This document shows, in pieces, positions 35,530-48,178 of a DNA stretch of 64,000 nucleotides. The DNA comes from Carpediemonas membranifera BICM (Eukaryota; Protista; Fornicata): NCBI GenBank assembly GCA_019828565.1, contig JAHDYR010000029.1, positions 1 through 64,000 of the forward strand. Direction: 5' to 3'. Positions within the stretch are counted from its first letter, which is position 1. Each line of letters starts with the position of its first letter. The notes below the pieces were generated by a model. It saw only the letters and a list, made by a program, of their open reading frames with translations, was not told where the DNA came from and made no database searches. The position numbers and the translations under genes were made by a program.

Positions 35530-36651
35530 ATGGGGGATTTCGACGCCGCTGTGGAAACTATTCTAAATCGTCTTACGACTAACACTTCGAGAATGCAATT
35601 TTGCCGTCTCCTCCGTCGCCATATCGCTGAAACTGGTTCCTACCTCGAGCTGTTCACCCCTTACCAGCCGCGACGTGCTCCTAGGCGCCAAAACGTCCCT
35701 AATGTCCCAGAGGAACTTGCTGGCGCCGTAACCAGTTCTGCATCTGACAGCGAGAGCGTTAACGCCGTCGACCTACGCTACCTTCCGGCTTCTCCTGACC
35801 CAACCGACAATGAGTCTGACTCCGAGTCGGACGACACCCCGCCATCCCTCTCTGGCTACGTGGAACTCGTCACCCGGCAGGCAGTCAGCTACTACTGGAA
35901 CTCTCCCCGGACTGAGTTACTGCTGCTCACCGACAACCGGCTGCACTCTTACACCCGCGCTTCCGCTGCAGTGCACTCGCATGACGCCGGCGCTGATCTC
36001 TGCCGTGACGCTATCGTACTCCAGGCGATGTCGGCTTACCTCTCCATACGTCGCGATTCGACTGATGCTGCCATCGTTTCAGCCTACCTCACTGCTGTTC
36101 GAGACAAACGCGCGTATGTGCCGAACGCGCTCAAGCAAGAGATCGAGAATCGCTCTGGCCTCAGCATCGTCACCATGCGTCCTCATGTCTTCCGTGCTGT
36201 CATGCTCGGCCACGATGTCAACCTATATTTTGTGCTGCACATGGGAGAGGCCCTCGGTATCCTCACCCGCGCTGATTGCGCTGAGTTCGCTCGTCAGTAC
36301 TTCGCTCGCATGCGTAGCGGCGCTTCCTTCGACGACGCAGAGTTCAGTCTTCTGTCAGGCTTCATGCCGGTTACTGCTGACCGCGCCCCGTCGCTGACTC
36401 TGCAAGACATGACTTCTGCAGCCTTCACGGTCTCGCGTGTTTGGCATTATCGTTTTGACGCCCCTGGTCTTCTGCGCCTGCATGTCAGTTATGAGGAATG
36501 CCCCAATGTGAGCAGCATTGCCATCGCTACTCGGCGCAAGCAGACTCACCCTGCCGTTGCCCAGTTCCTCACTGAGCATCTGTCTTACGAGTCTTACCTC
36601 GCCGACGACGTTGCCCTCGATGGTAACGTCCGTTGTGACACTTGCGAATAA
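35530..36651 (+). CDS. Antisense accessory ORF inside element C, possible chromodomain-like C-terminus
   Basis: Intact 373 aa ORF convergent with pol; FTVSRVWHYR...LHVSYE...PAVAQFL. Confidence 0.7.
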   Translation: MGDFDAAVETILNRLTTNTSRMQFCRLLRRHIAETGSYLELFTPYQPRRAPRRQNVPNVPEELAGAVTSSASDSESVNAVDLRYLPASPDPTDNESDSESDDTPPSLSGYVELVTRQAVSYYWNSPRTELLLLTDNRLHSYTRASAAVHSHDAGADLCRDAIVLQAMSAYLSIRRDSTDAAIVSAYLTAVRDKRAYVPNALKQEIENRSGLSIVTMRPHVFRAVMLGHDVNLYFVLHMGEALGILTRADCAEFARQYFARMRSGASFDDAEFSLLSGFMPVTADRAPSLTLQDMTSAAFTVSRVWHYRFDAPGLLRLHVSYEECPNVSSIAIATRRKQTHPAVAQFLTEHLSYESYLADDVALDGNVRCDTCE

Positions 36652-36676
36652 ACAGTTTCTGATGCTTGGGGGCCAT

Positions 36677-39600
36677 TTATTCGGCCATCCCCAGATATAT
36701 ATCCAACGCTTCGCATCCCTTAACGTTCTGGTACGGCTCCCACGTATCTTCCGAAGGCTCGTACCCTGCCCATCGGACGTGGAACTGCCGATCGCTGAGT
36801 CTGCGCTCATGCGTTGCTTCGTATATCGACTCCACGACATACTCGCCGATCGTCACTGCTGCTAGCTCTTGGGCATGTTGCATGGACAGCTCGCCTGAAA
36901 ATGGTCTGACCCTCTCGGACGCGACCTGGAATTCGGTCCTCGTATTGACATCTCTAACCCAGTAACCAACTGGAAAGTCATTCCTCATGATAGGCTGGAT
37001 CAGTTGCATGGGGCCTCGCCACCCTGCAGCCAACTTTGATGGTGGCCCATTCGGGTATTTGACCAATACAAACTCAGACGTAATTGGTTCAGGAGGGGCA
37101 GCTTGCTGAGAGCGTCAGCGTGCATTGCCTTAATACGTGCTTCAGCGAGCTCTCGAGCGAGTTTGGCAGCAGCTACGTTGCTCGCTGGTTGGCTGACCGC
37201 CTTCTCACCCAGTTCTTTGACGATTAGCATGTCGGCCGGTACGCGCAGATCACTACCAAAAATCACCTCTGCTGGGGTTAAACGCGTTGCTGAGTGTGGT
37301 GTCGCGTTGACAATGTACTGTGCGACTGGCAACGACTCCGACCACAGCTCCGACCTCAGCTCGTACTGCCGCGCCCTCAGAATACGCTCGACTCTGCTGT
37401 TCGCTCGTTCGACCACTCCATTTGACTGTGGATGATATGGAGTGGTTGTATGGATTGAAAAGCCAACTCGGACGGACAAGTCCTTGAACAGCTTGTTGAC
37501 AAACTGCTTGCCTCCGTCTGTTTGGAGGACTCGAGGGACTCCATACCTGAGTATCCACTGGTCAGCAAATGCTCTGACAGCTTCGTCGGCTCTCGTTGTC
37601 TTCAGCGGAATGAGCTCGGTCCACCTCGAAGCCATATCGACTACTACTAAAATGAACTTGTATCCGAGCGACTCGGGCAACGGACCGATAGTGTCCATTG
37701 CTACCTTCATGAACGGCCTGAGTCCGGCTGTATGTAAGTATGCCCTGGCGGCTTCAGCTGGTTTTGCTGTGAGTTGACATACCGGACATCTGTCGATCAC
37801 CCTCGCCACCTGATCCACGGGCGCCCTCTTGCCTTGTGTCCTCAAGAATTGTATCGTGGTATGCAGTGGCAGGTGAGCTTGCCCGTGTCTGTGTGCCTCA
37901 GCTATCTCCGTCTCAGACGCCACTGGCAACCGATCTGCCGATGCCGCAAACACGCGACTGAGACCATCGGCTGCACTGTTATCCACTCCGGCCACATGTT
38001 TGATCGTGAAATCAAGATCAGATATTGATTCGTACCACCGTTGAACCTTGGAGTTGGAAGAACGCGACATAAACACAAGATTGCGATGATCAGTCAGCAA
38101 TGTGAATGGTGTCCAACACAAGAACCTGCGCCACCTCTGCAACGCGGAAACGATTGCATACGCCTCCTGTTCAATTGTGCTCCATCTCGTCTGCACATCG
38201 TTGAAAGACTTGGACATGTATGACACCGGCTTACCGTCTTGTAGCAACACTCCGCCAATTCCAAGGTCTGACGCGTCAGTCATGACGACGTGCTCACGGG
38301 TAACATCGAAGTGTTCGAGGGCGGGAGCCTGACACAGCAGATCTTTGACCTGCGCCAAAGCCTCGACCTGATCGCTGCCGTCGGGAGGTGCCTTGCCACA
38401 CGCGGCTTGAGCTAAAGGGTGCACGATCCTCGAAAAACCTGGCACAAAATCTCTCATGAAGTTCAAGAATCCCATTAGGGCTTGAGCGGCCTTCTTCGTC
38501 TTCGGGACACGCAGCGTCTCAACATCCCGAATGCGGTCTGGCGCAATTCTAAATCCTGTACCCGACACCACCCAGCCTAAGAACTCGACTTCTGCGAGTC
38601 CAAAGTGTGACTTCTCCTTGTTGAGGCTGAGTTTCAACTCTTCGGCCCTCGCCAACACCTTGTTCAAGTTGGACAAGTACTCTTGCTCTGTGCGGCCGAA
38701 AATTATAATGTCGTCAATATATATGATACACGCGGTACCAAGTAGATCGTGGAATCCCCGTTCAATTGCAAACTGGAAATGCGCCCCAGCGTTTTTTCAA
38801 TCCAAACGGCATGCCCGTATACTGGAACTTGCCTCGTGGGGTCTGGAACGCAGTGTATTGTCTCGACCTTTCGGACAACTTGACTTGATGATAACCCTTC
38901 GAAAGGTCAATCGTGGCGAAGATCTTAGCTCCTGCCAACCGTGCGAGGCACGCTTGAACCTCTGGGATCGGGTAATCAAACGGCTCAGTCAGGTCGTTGA
39001 TCCTTCTGAAATCGACAACCATACGAGTTCTGTCTCGGCCCTTCGGGACGAGGAGAGCTGGGGACGAGTACGGAGAGAAACTCGCCTCAATATACTTCTT
39101 GGCTAACAGCTCCCGGACGTGCTCATCAAACAGACCCTGCTTCTGGTGAGGGATGTAATTTGACCTGGACGCTACTACTCGGTCCTCCTTCAAGATCAGG
39201 TCATAAGGCTCTAAGGCAGAAAACCCCTCACGCTCCTCGAAGCAACGGCTGAACTTGGCGATGATTCGCGCATGCATCGCTGTAAAATCTGTTGACATAG
39301 TGTAGGACTGCATCGCGTCCATTGGGGGGACGGACGGTTCCATATCGTCAGAGTCCCGGCTCGCTTGAGATTCCGCGACACTGGGCAGGATGCCCCACTC
39401 AACCATCGTTGGGTACGACAATAGAAGGTCGTAGATGCATTCAACTCCGTATGCGGCGACAGTAGTCGACAGTGCCTTTGGAGTGAAAGGTGACTTATGC
39501 ATGAGAAGGGGAATCTCATAGCAAACGTCGGACTCAATAGATCCCCCTGGAGTCTTGATGACGATAGGTTGACTGAGCTTCGTCGGAATAAGTTCAGCAG

Positions 39601-39739
39601 CGGTTGCCGACTGGGGGTTCACCAAGCAAATATCCGCCCCGCAGTCGAAAAGTACACGCTCCCATTGCACACTGTGATCATTACCGACCGGAACCTCTGC
39701 TGTTACTATCGGGAGCGCGTTGCTGTGTGTCTGACTCAA
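36677..39739 (-). CDS. pol: Element C pol (PR, RT, RH, IN, chromodomain), frameshifted
   Basis: LFDCGA, IDLSKGYHQ, YIDD (38707-38726 region), MTDASD, TDGGKQF, YVVESIY..HVRWAGY..TWEP. Confidence 0.92.
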
Positions 39740-39744
39740 CGATG

Positions 39745-40678
39745 TCAGGACATGAGCGGGTGCACGAGAAAAGGATGAACAAGCCTGGGGTTTACTGAAG
39801 TACCCCGACAGAACTTGTCTTGATGTCCCTGCTTACCGCACTTGCTGCAGACAGTCTTCGGGTTCCGACACTGGCGCGATGTGTGACCGGACTTGCCGCA
39901 GTTGTAGCACACGATGGTACGGCTGGTGCTCTGATGATCGGTGCTTGAGCCGGTCTGCTGACTTCTCTGCATTTCAGACTGGGCTCCCCGGTACTGGTGC
40001 TTGCCATGCGACTGGTGCTCACCCGGGTGAGGCGGGCCGCCCTGTCGGCGCAGACCTCGAGAATGGCTTGCGCGCTGGTCCTTAGGAGGGCGGTTTCGAG
40101 GCTGAGAATCGGACTTGATGGTCCTGGAAGTAATCATCGCAGCCTCTTGGAGACGCTTGCACGTCTGGAGAGCGACCTGGATGGTGCTGTTAAGGTCAAG
40201 CCCTGTAGCCGCCTCCTTGACTTCCCTACGGAGGTCCTCGTCCTGGATTCCCTTCACGAACATGCTGCGCATCACGGCGTCGGAGAAAGAGGGAGCCAAG
40301 ACGGCCTTGCGGCTGATGAATCTGTCGGCATAGAGTGAGAGACGTCCCACGTCAATACCCTGGGTCGTTAGCTGGAAAAGACGGCGCTCTAGGATCGGAT
40401 CAGTGGGCTTAATTGCGTTAGCAATCGCTCTGAAAAACGAGGTCCTCTCTCTCATGTTTCTTACGCTTCTCGCCCGTCACTGTGTTGTGCTTCGCGCTCT
40501 TGTATGTCTTGGCTACGTCTATACCAACTGCTGCACAGTATGAGGTGACAGCCGGACCCAAACGCTTGATAAGTCGGCGTTTTCCGCCCGTTCGGACATG
40601 GCGATCGAGTTTCTCCTTAAACGAAAGCAGAGCATTAATCTCTGGTTGAGTACATAACGGACCCTTGTCCTCAGTCAT
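39745..40678 (-). CDS. gag: Element C gag with two CCHC knuckles, frameshift near 40450
   Basis: [14 protein letters not shown] and [14 protein letters not shown]; ATG at 40678. Confidence 0.9.
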
Positions 40679-40795
40679 TGTAAGTAACGTTACTGTGGGT
40701 TCGTGAGAACAAAGCTTTACAAAGAATAGAGCTCGACACCCATGTGTCGAGCTGGACGACTCAAGACTATTAAATAATCTATTGATGAACCAACA

Positions 40796-40992
40796 CAGGT
40801 TGCAGTCGAGGTGGACCTCCTTGACGAAGGTGAAGCTGGTGACGAAGCAGGCGGGGATATCGCCCTCGAAGAGGTTGTGGCCGAGGTAGATGTACTGGAG
40901 GTACTCGTCGTTGCAGAGGGTGGCGGGCAGGGGGCCAGTCAGGAGGTTGTTGTCAAGGTTGAGGTACTTGAGGCTGGGCAGGTTGCCGATGG
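40796..40992 (-). pseudogene. LRR protein gene, middle part (plant-type LxxLxLxxNxLxGxIP repeats)
   Basis: IGNLPSLKYLNLDNNLLTGPLP..LQYIYLGHNLFEGDIP. Confidence 0.9.
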
Positions 40993-41076
40993 TGACGTTG
41001 TCGGTGGGAAACATTTTAATCTCGACACAATGGTGTCGTAATCATCAACTGATTAAATGATAAGGAGTCTACGACA
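40993..41076 (-). repeat. Solo LTR of family A without TSD
   Basis: Identical to 15145-15228; flanks ATGG and CAGG differ. Confidence 0.9.
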
Positions 41077-43178
41077 CAGGACATGTCGCTTGAAGATGCC
41101 ATGCCGCGCGTTCTAGCCCTATCCAGAACAGTCCAAGAGAGCACCGCGATCGCCAACGCGTTCCAGGACAAGCCGTCCAACGCCGAGCACCACCACACGA
41201 GCCGTAACTCCCACCGACGCAACGATCGCAAGCCTCAGTCACGTCCCACCGAAGACCGTTCGCATGCTACCAGACCTGAACACGCGTCGACTAAGCCTAT
41301 CGACAAGAAGGGCAGACGTGATCATTCACAGTTCACTTGCTATAACTGTGGCGGTAAGGGTCACGCCGTCTATGAGTGTAAGAAGCCCAAGAACAAGTGT
41401 CAGAAGTGCGGGAAGAGCGGACACCTTGACAGGTTCTGTAAATCCCCACAGTACTTGTCCTTGTTCTCGATGACTTCACACAAACGCAAAGATAGCCTAC
41501 CTCTGTGCAAAGTTAAGGTCGAGGGTCGAGACGTCGTTGCCTTGATTGATTCGGGAGCCAACTGCTCCACTATATCCCCCAAGCTGACCAAGGGTATGAC
41601 GCGAATATCAGATGAAGATCGAAGCGTGCGTACAGCCAAGGGAACTATACAGTCCCAAGGTTCCGTGCAAGGGAACATCAAACTCATGCCGTCAGCCTTT
41701 ACACCTAAGGCAGTGTCCTTCAAGCCGGAGTTGATTGTGCTAGATACTGAGTTCGACGTCGTCCTGGGGTACCCCCACCTTGTCGAGCTGGGAATCCTCC
41801 CCGACGTGAACGTAGAGTCAGGGGAAAACTCGGACGAAGTCCAGGTCCCCGAAGCTTTCAAGCACAACGCTGCCATTTTTAGTCTATCCGACCAGTCGAC
41901 CAAGAGTCAAGCCGAACTGATCAAGAGGTTCTCCGATCTATTCCAAGACCGGGACGAACCTAGCAGGCTAGAGCCGTACGACCTCGTTCTGAAGGACGAT
42001 CGGGTCGTGAACGCCAGACCTTACTACGTACCCCCAGCGAAGATACACGTCGTGAGAGAGCACATCGACACACTGCTAGCCAAGAAATATATCGAGGCCT
42101 GCCAGTCACAATACGCTTCCCCAGCTATGACTGTGCCTAAGAAGGGAGGCAAGTCGCGTTTCGTAGTCGATTTCCGCCGTATTAACGAGCTTACTGAGCC
42201 GTTCGACTACCCCATCCCTCGTATCGACGAGGTGTACGAGGTGTCCGGGTACCACCAGATCCCTTTGACAGAACGATCAAGACCCCTGACTGCATTTACC
42301 ACCGTACTAGGGCAGTATCAATACCGACGGATGCCTTTCGGGCTGCGCAACGCAGGAGCTCACTTCCAGAAGGCCATGGAGCGCGCCTTCTCCGGGCTCG
42401 TGGGCAGCTCATGTTACATTTACATCGACGATATTATTGTCTTCGGCAGCGACGAGGCCGAATATCTCGCGAACCTCGAAAGAGTCCTGGACCGTGCGCG
42501 TAAGGTCAAGCTCCAGCTCAATCGCGAGAAATGCCAATTCGGCAGGCAGGAGGTCGAGTTCTTAGGTTGGGTTGTCAATGATGGGCAAGTGAGCATCGCA
42601 CCCAGCCGTGTAGACGACATCGCAAATCTCCAGATGCCGACATCCATCAAGGGCATGCAGGGCCTAGTAGGATTCCTCAACTATTTCCGGGATCACATTC
42701 CCCATTTTGCGGAAATCGGACACCCGTTAATCAAAGCTATGTCCGGTCACACAAGTCTCGGCCTGACCGCCCAGCAGGAGGCCCTCGATAAGCTCAAGCA
42801 GAGCCTTACCTCCGCTGACGCCCTAGCAATTTTCGACGCCACGAAGGAGCTTTCTATAATGACCGACGCCTCGGGAGTGGGGTACGGCGCAGTCCTATTG
42901 CAAGAGGGCAAGCCTGTCTGTTACATGTCGAAGGCCTTCAACGCCACACAGTCTCGTTGGTCAACGATTGAGAAGGAGGCGTACGCCATTGTGGCGGCCT
43001 TCCAGCGCTGGCGCAAGTTCCTTGCCTGGGGACCTTTCTCCATACTCACTGACCACCGAAACCTTACCTTCATGTTCCGTAGCATCAACCCGAAAGTCAG
43101 GAGGTGGGCCGATGCCATTTCCGACTTGGACTTTGAGATTAAGCACGTCGCCGGCCTGGACAATGGAGCCGCAGATGG
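41077..43178 (+). mobile_element. gag-pol: Ty3/gypsy fragment D related to C (gag knuckles, PR, RT, RH), truncated at both ends
   Basis: CYNCGGKGH, LIDSGA, YIDD, MTDASG; small deletion in RT. Confidence 0.92.
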
Positions 43179-44205
43179 TCAGTTGGAAATGTCCGGTATG
43201 GGAAGTTGACGAAACCAACCGGAAAAAGGCCAAAAGCTGGCAATCGGGATTTATCGGATCTCATTGAAAGCTATTCGAGCTCGAAGCGAGCGACGGTGCC
43301 CCGCGGCGCCAGCATCCACCAAATGGTAATTTCAGGACCAAGAGTTCGTCTGCTCTGGGGCACGAGAGCAGAAATGGGAAGTATTCTCCTAACCCACTAG
43401 CCAGAGGGCACATTGGGGAAGCAAATTGCTCCCCGGAGGAGATCGCCCGTTGCGAAGCAGGTTAGCGCCAGAGCGGGCCGGCAGAGGACAACTGGCTGCT
43501 CCAGGTGAGGTGCGCACCACCTCACCTGGAGCCCACTCCCCTGCCCTGTATACCTCGCCGTGCGCCAAGCTATGTCGAGCAACAGATGATCGTCCTCGTG
43601 TGCCCAAAAAATGCACAGAGGCAAAAACCACCCAAAAGGGAATAAGTTAGCCTCGGTAGGAAAGCGTTGACAGAATACACAGTACTCTAACAACAAACAA
43701 AACCTACCGCCCATGCTCCTGGGACCCACAAGGGGACCAGACGCAACTAAACGCTCCTCGCACAAACCCACAAGGGAAATCAACGCGAACAAGCGTACTG
43801 CGCCACCTTTATGATTGAAACCCCTACCGTAACCGGTACCCGCAGTAGGCCCCAGAGGCACTGCGACACGATTGCCTCAGACAACTTAACTGGGGCCATA
43901 TGGCAAAGTAACCCGAGAGCACCGGGACCGGCGGCCAATAGGCTCTCACTGGGAGGCCACTGGGCCACACTACTCCGGCGCCCGTGCTCTCATGCCGCCC
44001 AAGACCGGGCTTGTGGACGTCATCGCCACGAGAGCCGGGATCGCCGCCCGCCGCCGGCATAGGCAACAGGGCCACCACAACAGGCCCCCAGTACACCAGC
44101 CATACCGGACAACAGACCGGGAGCGCTGAGGGCCCCGTCCACAGCCCCACAAGAAACGCCCAGCCGAAGCCAAAAGGCATAAACCATCACGGTGTTTACC
44201 AGGAC

Positions 44206-44600
44206 TCACAACCTCTTGGGAGTGACGCGACCCAGGAAGGAAACAACCGGGCTGCGACCACAAGATACAGGACGAGGGGCGTGAATGGCAACCAGCTGGT
44301 GCAGCCGGGCGTCTATGCGAGCACGAAGGCGCTTATAGACCCGCATTTGGCCCCTCAGCTCAGCGTCGAAACCCCGAGCCGACTTAGACTCGTGGGGACT
44401 CAGGTCCTCGTCACGGTAATTCTGAGCCAGGTAGGAAAAAGCAGCGGCACGCTCCCGCCACCGGCTGGCCAGGACGTCCACCTGGGCAAAATCGTCAGCT
44501 ATGGTCCGCAGGAAATGCGCCTCCCAACCCCGAGGAGTCGCCGGGCCAGGAGTCGGGGACTCCCGAGAAGGAGCGGTGAAGCCCCTGCCGCCACAAGGCA
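44206..44600 (-). CDS. Hypothetical helical protein fragment
   Basis: Protein-like stretch HFLRTIADDFAQ...RIDARLHQL within ORF 44206-45069; no motif recognised. Confidence 0.25.
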
Positions 44601-45160
44601 AGGGACTACCCTGGGGCCCGGAGGGGAATATGGGATCCCCCGTCGGAGTGCGAAGAGGGCCCTGCTTCCCGGGAAAGAGGCGGCGCCCCCGAAATCGGAG
44701 TCCAGGCCGTACTCGGGCCAAGGACTCGATAGGGATCGGAGTGCATAACCCCTGGTAATGCACCTCCCCCTCTGGGGACCGCTGGGCAGCGGAGGCGCCG
44801 GCCGAATGGCCAGGAGGAGGCGTGAAGGTGGAAGGAGAGATGGAACGGACGCATGGGGAATAAGGGACAGCAGCCCCGTGTGGGGCGATGCTCCCCTGTC
44901 CCTGCAATAAGGTTCCCTTTTGGGTTTTCGCCAGACATGTTTTTGTGTGGAAACAAGGTCCGCAACAAACCTCGCATACCTCGCCCCTGAACCATCCGCC
45001 CTGAGGAAGGGAAAGGAGCCATACAAGACCAGGACATCGCTGGCTGGCGCCCCTTGGAACCTCCACCAAACCTCCTCAAGCCCCTCCAAGAAGCTGGCAA
45101 AAGTGCACTTCCCGCCTTTTGCCACTCCAAATGGAAACAGGGGAATATCCCAACAGGGAC

Positions 45161-47809
45161 ATGCCAGATAGGGAAGAAAGCATGATTTATGGCTTATTCG
45201 CCCTTAAGGCTGCACCCAGAAGGGATCTCAGGAAAACCAGAAGGGAAAAAGCAAATACGTCCATTATCCAGCTCGGCAACGCGATAGGATACGACAAGAT
45301 TGTAGACCCAGAACAGGGAAGCTTTACAGCAAAGGAAGGCCCAGGGGAGCTCCGGAAAAGCCGGGCCAAGAAGCTGTTTGCATCACTTCCCCTCCTGAGA
45401 CGGTACACAAAAGCCGCCCAACAGCCATACTGGCTATTCATTGAAGGGAACCGGCTGGACCTAAGCAGGCGGAGACACTAAGCCGGCTTCGCCCAGGGTC
45501 CCCCAAATTTGTGTTCTACCCCAGAGTCCAGGCGGACTACTCCAAGTACGTAGCACATCCCCACCGGACGAGCCAGACGGCACCAGCTAGTGAGCAACAC
45601 ACCCCATCACTTCTCCCCGTGGAGGAGGGCCTTGATCTCGGCCGAATCCATAACCGGGACTTTTCGAGACCACGCCACACAATGACCTCGAACAGCTCCC
45701 AAAGCGTCCCAGACGCCTTGGATCAAACACCACCCCAAATGGGATCAAGGAGTCGTTAACGCCACTGGGCAAGCAACTGGCCACACCGGACGAATGGGAC
45801 TGCATCAGAGCCTCAGCAGATGCGGCTATTCCCACAAGGGACGTTGCCATGGTCTTCACCAGAGATGACGCAACGGACTTCACTGCCCGAACGGGAAAGG
45901 TCGCAAGGACGCTCCTCCTAGAGCTCGTGGCAACATCGCTGCAAGCTGCAGGACATTCTTCGATCTCAGGCAACGGCATCCAGACCAAGTACGGGATGGA
46001 GGCTGCAATGTGGCTCCTCCATGCCGCCGGACACGCCATCTCCGCGGGAGCTGCAGCCAGAGGGCTCCCCCTCACTAGGACGCGAAAACAAGAAGCTCTG
46101 GGCCGACCTAGGCCGGGAACTAGCCAAAGGGCAAGGCTACCACGCCCCTCACCCCCCGGAGGGAGGTTTCCGCAGACCAGACGGCACGCCCATCCAGATC
46201 TGGACCCAGGGCCCCGTCGAGGAGATCCTCATCTACAGCAGAACCGAGGGTGTGATGAGGCCAGTCTTCCCACCCCCACCCCTGGAAGAAGAGCCTTCGG
46301 CAGCAGAGGCAGACCTGATGGAGGAGGTCAGAGACCTCATCCAACGGTGGTCAGTCCCCGGCTTCCCCGAACTCTGGTCGGCATGGGATAAGACCAGGCG
46401 TCTCTGGTCCCCACCCGCGAGGATTGCCCGCGAACTGGTGTCTGCCTCCTTTCTGACGCGCAACATCACTAACTACTGGCTCACAACGGGGCAGACCCAA
46501 GTTATAGAGCCCGTACGGGACGGGGCATCTCATGGAGCCCTGGGTACTAACGAAGAAGAAACCCCCCTGGGCCCGAGCGGCAGCAGGACTTCCGGCCCTG
46601 ATGACACACCCACCACGCCAAACAAGGGCACATGCGGGCCCAGCATGGGAGCTAGCCCGCCTCGTTCCAATATCACCCAACGAGCCAACACCACCAGGCA
46701 GTTGATCGCTATGGTGGACTTTGAGGAAGGAAGAGCCAGATCCAACCAAGGAGACGAGGCCATCATTTGCGAAGGGGCGGCACTGATTTTCGACCCAGCT
46801 AACGAGCAAATCCTCTACTACATGCACGGGATGCTTGGGGAAGACATCACAGTGGATGCCCTGGACCAATGTCTGTGGGCCACGCACTACATCCATGGCT
46901 GCCCACCAGCTACGTTTGTCGACGTCACCACGGGCAAAGCCCCCAAGGGATACGAAGCAGACTTCCCCCACGCCAAGCGATGGTGCACCGAGATGGCTAC
47001 AGAGCTGAAGAGACTGGAAGACGACTCGGGGCCACAGAAGACCCACGTCCACATCGTGGCTAAGGGAGTCGAGGCTGAGAGAAGCATCCTGACCAGTGAG
47101 AAGTTCGTCCCAGACGGGAACCTCCGCACCTGGCTAAGCTTACGCCTCATGGATGAAACTGACCTCAACACGATCTTCCCCAACATCCTCGACACGCTGA
47201 CCTGGTTCTACCCCCAATAGTGGGGAGAAGAGCCTCACCGGCCTCCCCTCCCGACCCCAGTCCGAACTGGGCCGGACCTGGACCAGAAGGTACCAACAGC
47301 GCCCGGAGGCAAAATTGGTGTGCCCCTATCACAAGCACGCACCCCACCACTGCCACTGCGCCCTAGCAGATGTCTCCATATTCTACGCCAGACTAGCAAC
47401 AGCGTTCTGGATGAGAGACAACCCAGGCTGGGACTGGGGGCAGGTAGAAGCCCACCTCACAGCCCTAGGAAGCATGCTCATGGGCAGGGAGTCGCCGTAC
47501 CATGATGAATACAAGGACCTGGCGACCAAAGTCAACGCCAGACACGGCCTCGGCACCGTGGCGGCCGGTCGCCTAACCCCATTGTCCCAACAAGTCAACC
47601 TCCATGCTGTCTGGAGGGGGTGTATGGGTGGCAGTATACACCTACGGAACAGAGGGGCTCTGTCAAAAATGTCCGATTTAGAACGTCTTACTCTGGCACC
47701 ATGTAGCCCCCTTCCTGATGCACCTTTGAGCACGTGCTTGGCCTGCGATAATTACTTGGCGTCCCGTAAAGCCCAAAAATTAATCAAATCGTCATCAAAT
47801 GCGAATTAA
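45161..47809 (+). CDS. Large frameshifted gene with C-terminal Maelstrom/arenavirus-NP-like Zn-binding DEDDh exonuclease domain (~46700-47390)
   Basis: VDFEE, ICEGA, THYIHG, AKGVEAE, CPYH, HCALADV. Frames join at the C-run near 47213. The 5' extent is inferred. Confidence 0.7.
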
Positions 47810-48114
47810 AGATGCTGATATTGCTCATGAAACGACTCTGCTGATCAGCTGGGACTCTACGCGGCGATATGGCATGGCAAGTCTCTACACTTTGGAGACA
47901 ATTCGGTCCCATGGTTCCTACCTTGACCCACGTTGTCTCGCGCGCGCGAGGGACTCACTAAAAGGATATATCAACACTGATATAGATCGTTTATCCACGG
48001 AGATATCAATTGCTCCCAATCCCAGCTTGCAAGAAAAAAGTTAAGGGGCTGTATTGGGGCTTGCACTGATATCTCTATATATGCCGACACAGTCACTGGG
48101 CTGTCCATCACTGA

Positions 48115-48178
48115 ACAGCTCTAGCCCAATACAAAAACATGAGGGCTCGAAGTTTTGGCCTTCTCGGAAAAGGGTGGC
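48115..48178 (+). repeat. 64 bp repeat, second copy at 56342-56405
   Basis: ACAGCTCTAGCCCAATACAAAAAyATGAGGGCTCGAAGTTTTGGCCTTCTCrGAAAArGGTGGC. Confidence 0.9.

Larger units (their letters stand above)
34662..40795 (-). mobile_element. Full-length chromodomain Ty3/gypsy element C, identical 102 bp LTRs, TSD CAGG, carrying an extra antisense ORF
   Basis: LTRs 34662-34763 and 40694-40795, TSD 34658-34661 and 40796-40799, PPT GGGAGGGAAG at 34764-34773. Confidence 0.97.

Noticed and set aside
40418-41014. 198 aa ORF as an LRR-gag fusion gene
   Set aside because: Chance read-through of solo LTR, LRR fragment, LTR C and gag.
15145-41076. Short repeats separating TE fragments read as a CRISPR-like or integron-like cassette array
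   Set aside because: They have TG..CA ends and PPTs, and B and C have 4 bp TSDs, so they are LTRs.
43175-43190. Similarity to the start of element A gag (ATGGTCAGTTGGAAAT)
   Set aside because: Only about 16 nt with an indel and no extension; likely chance.
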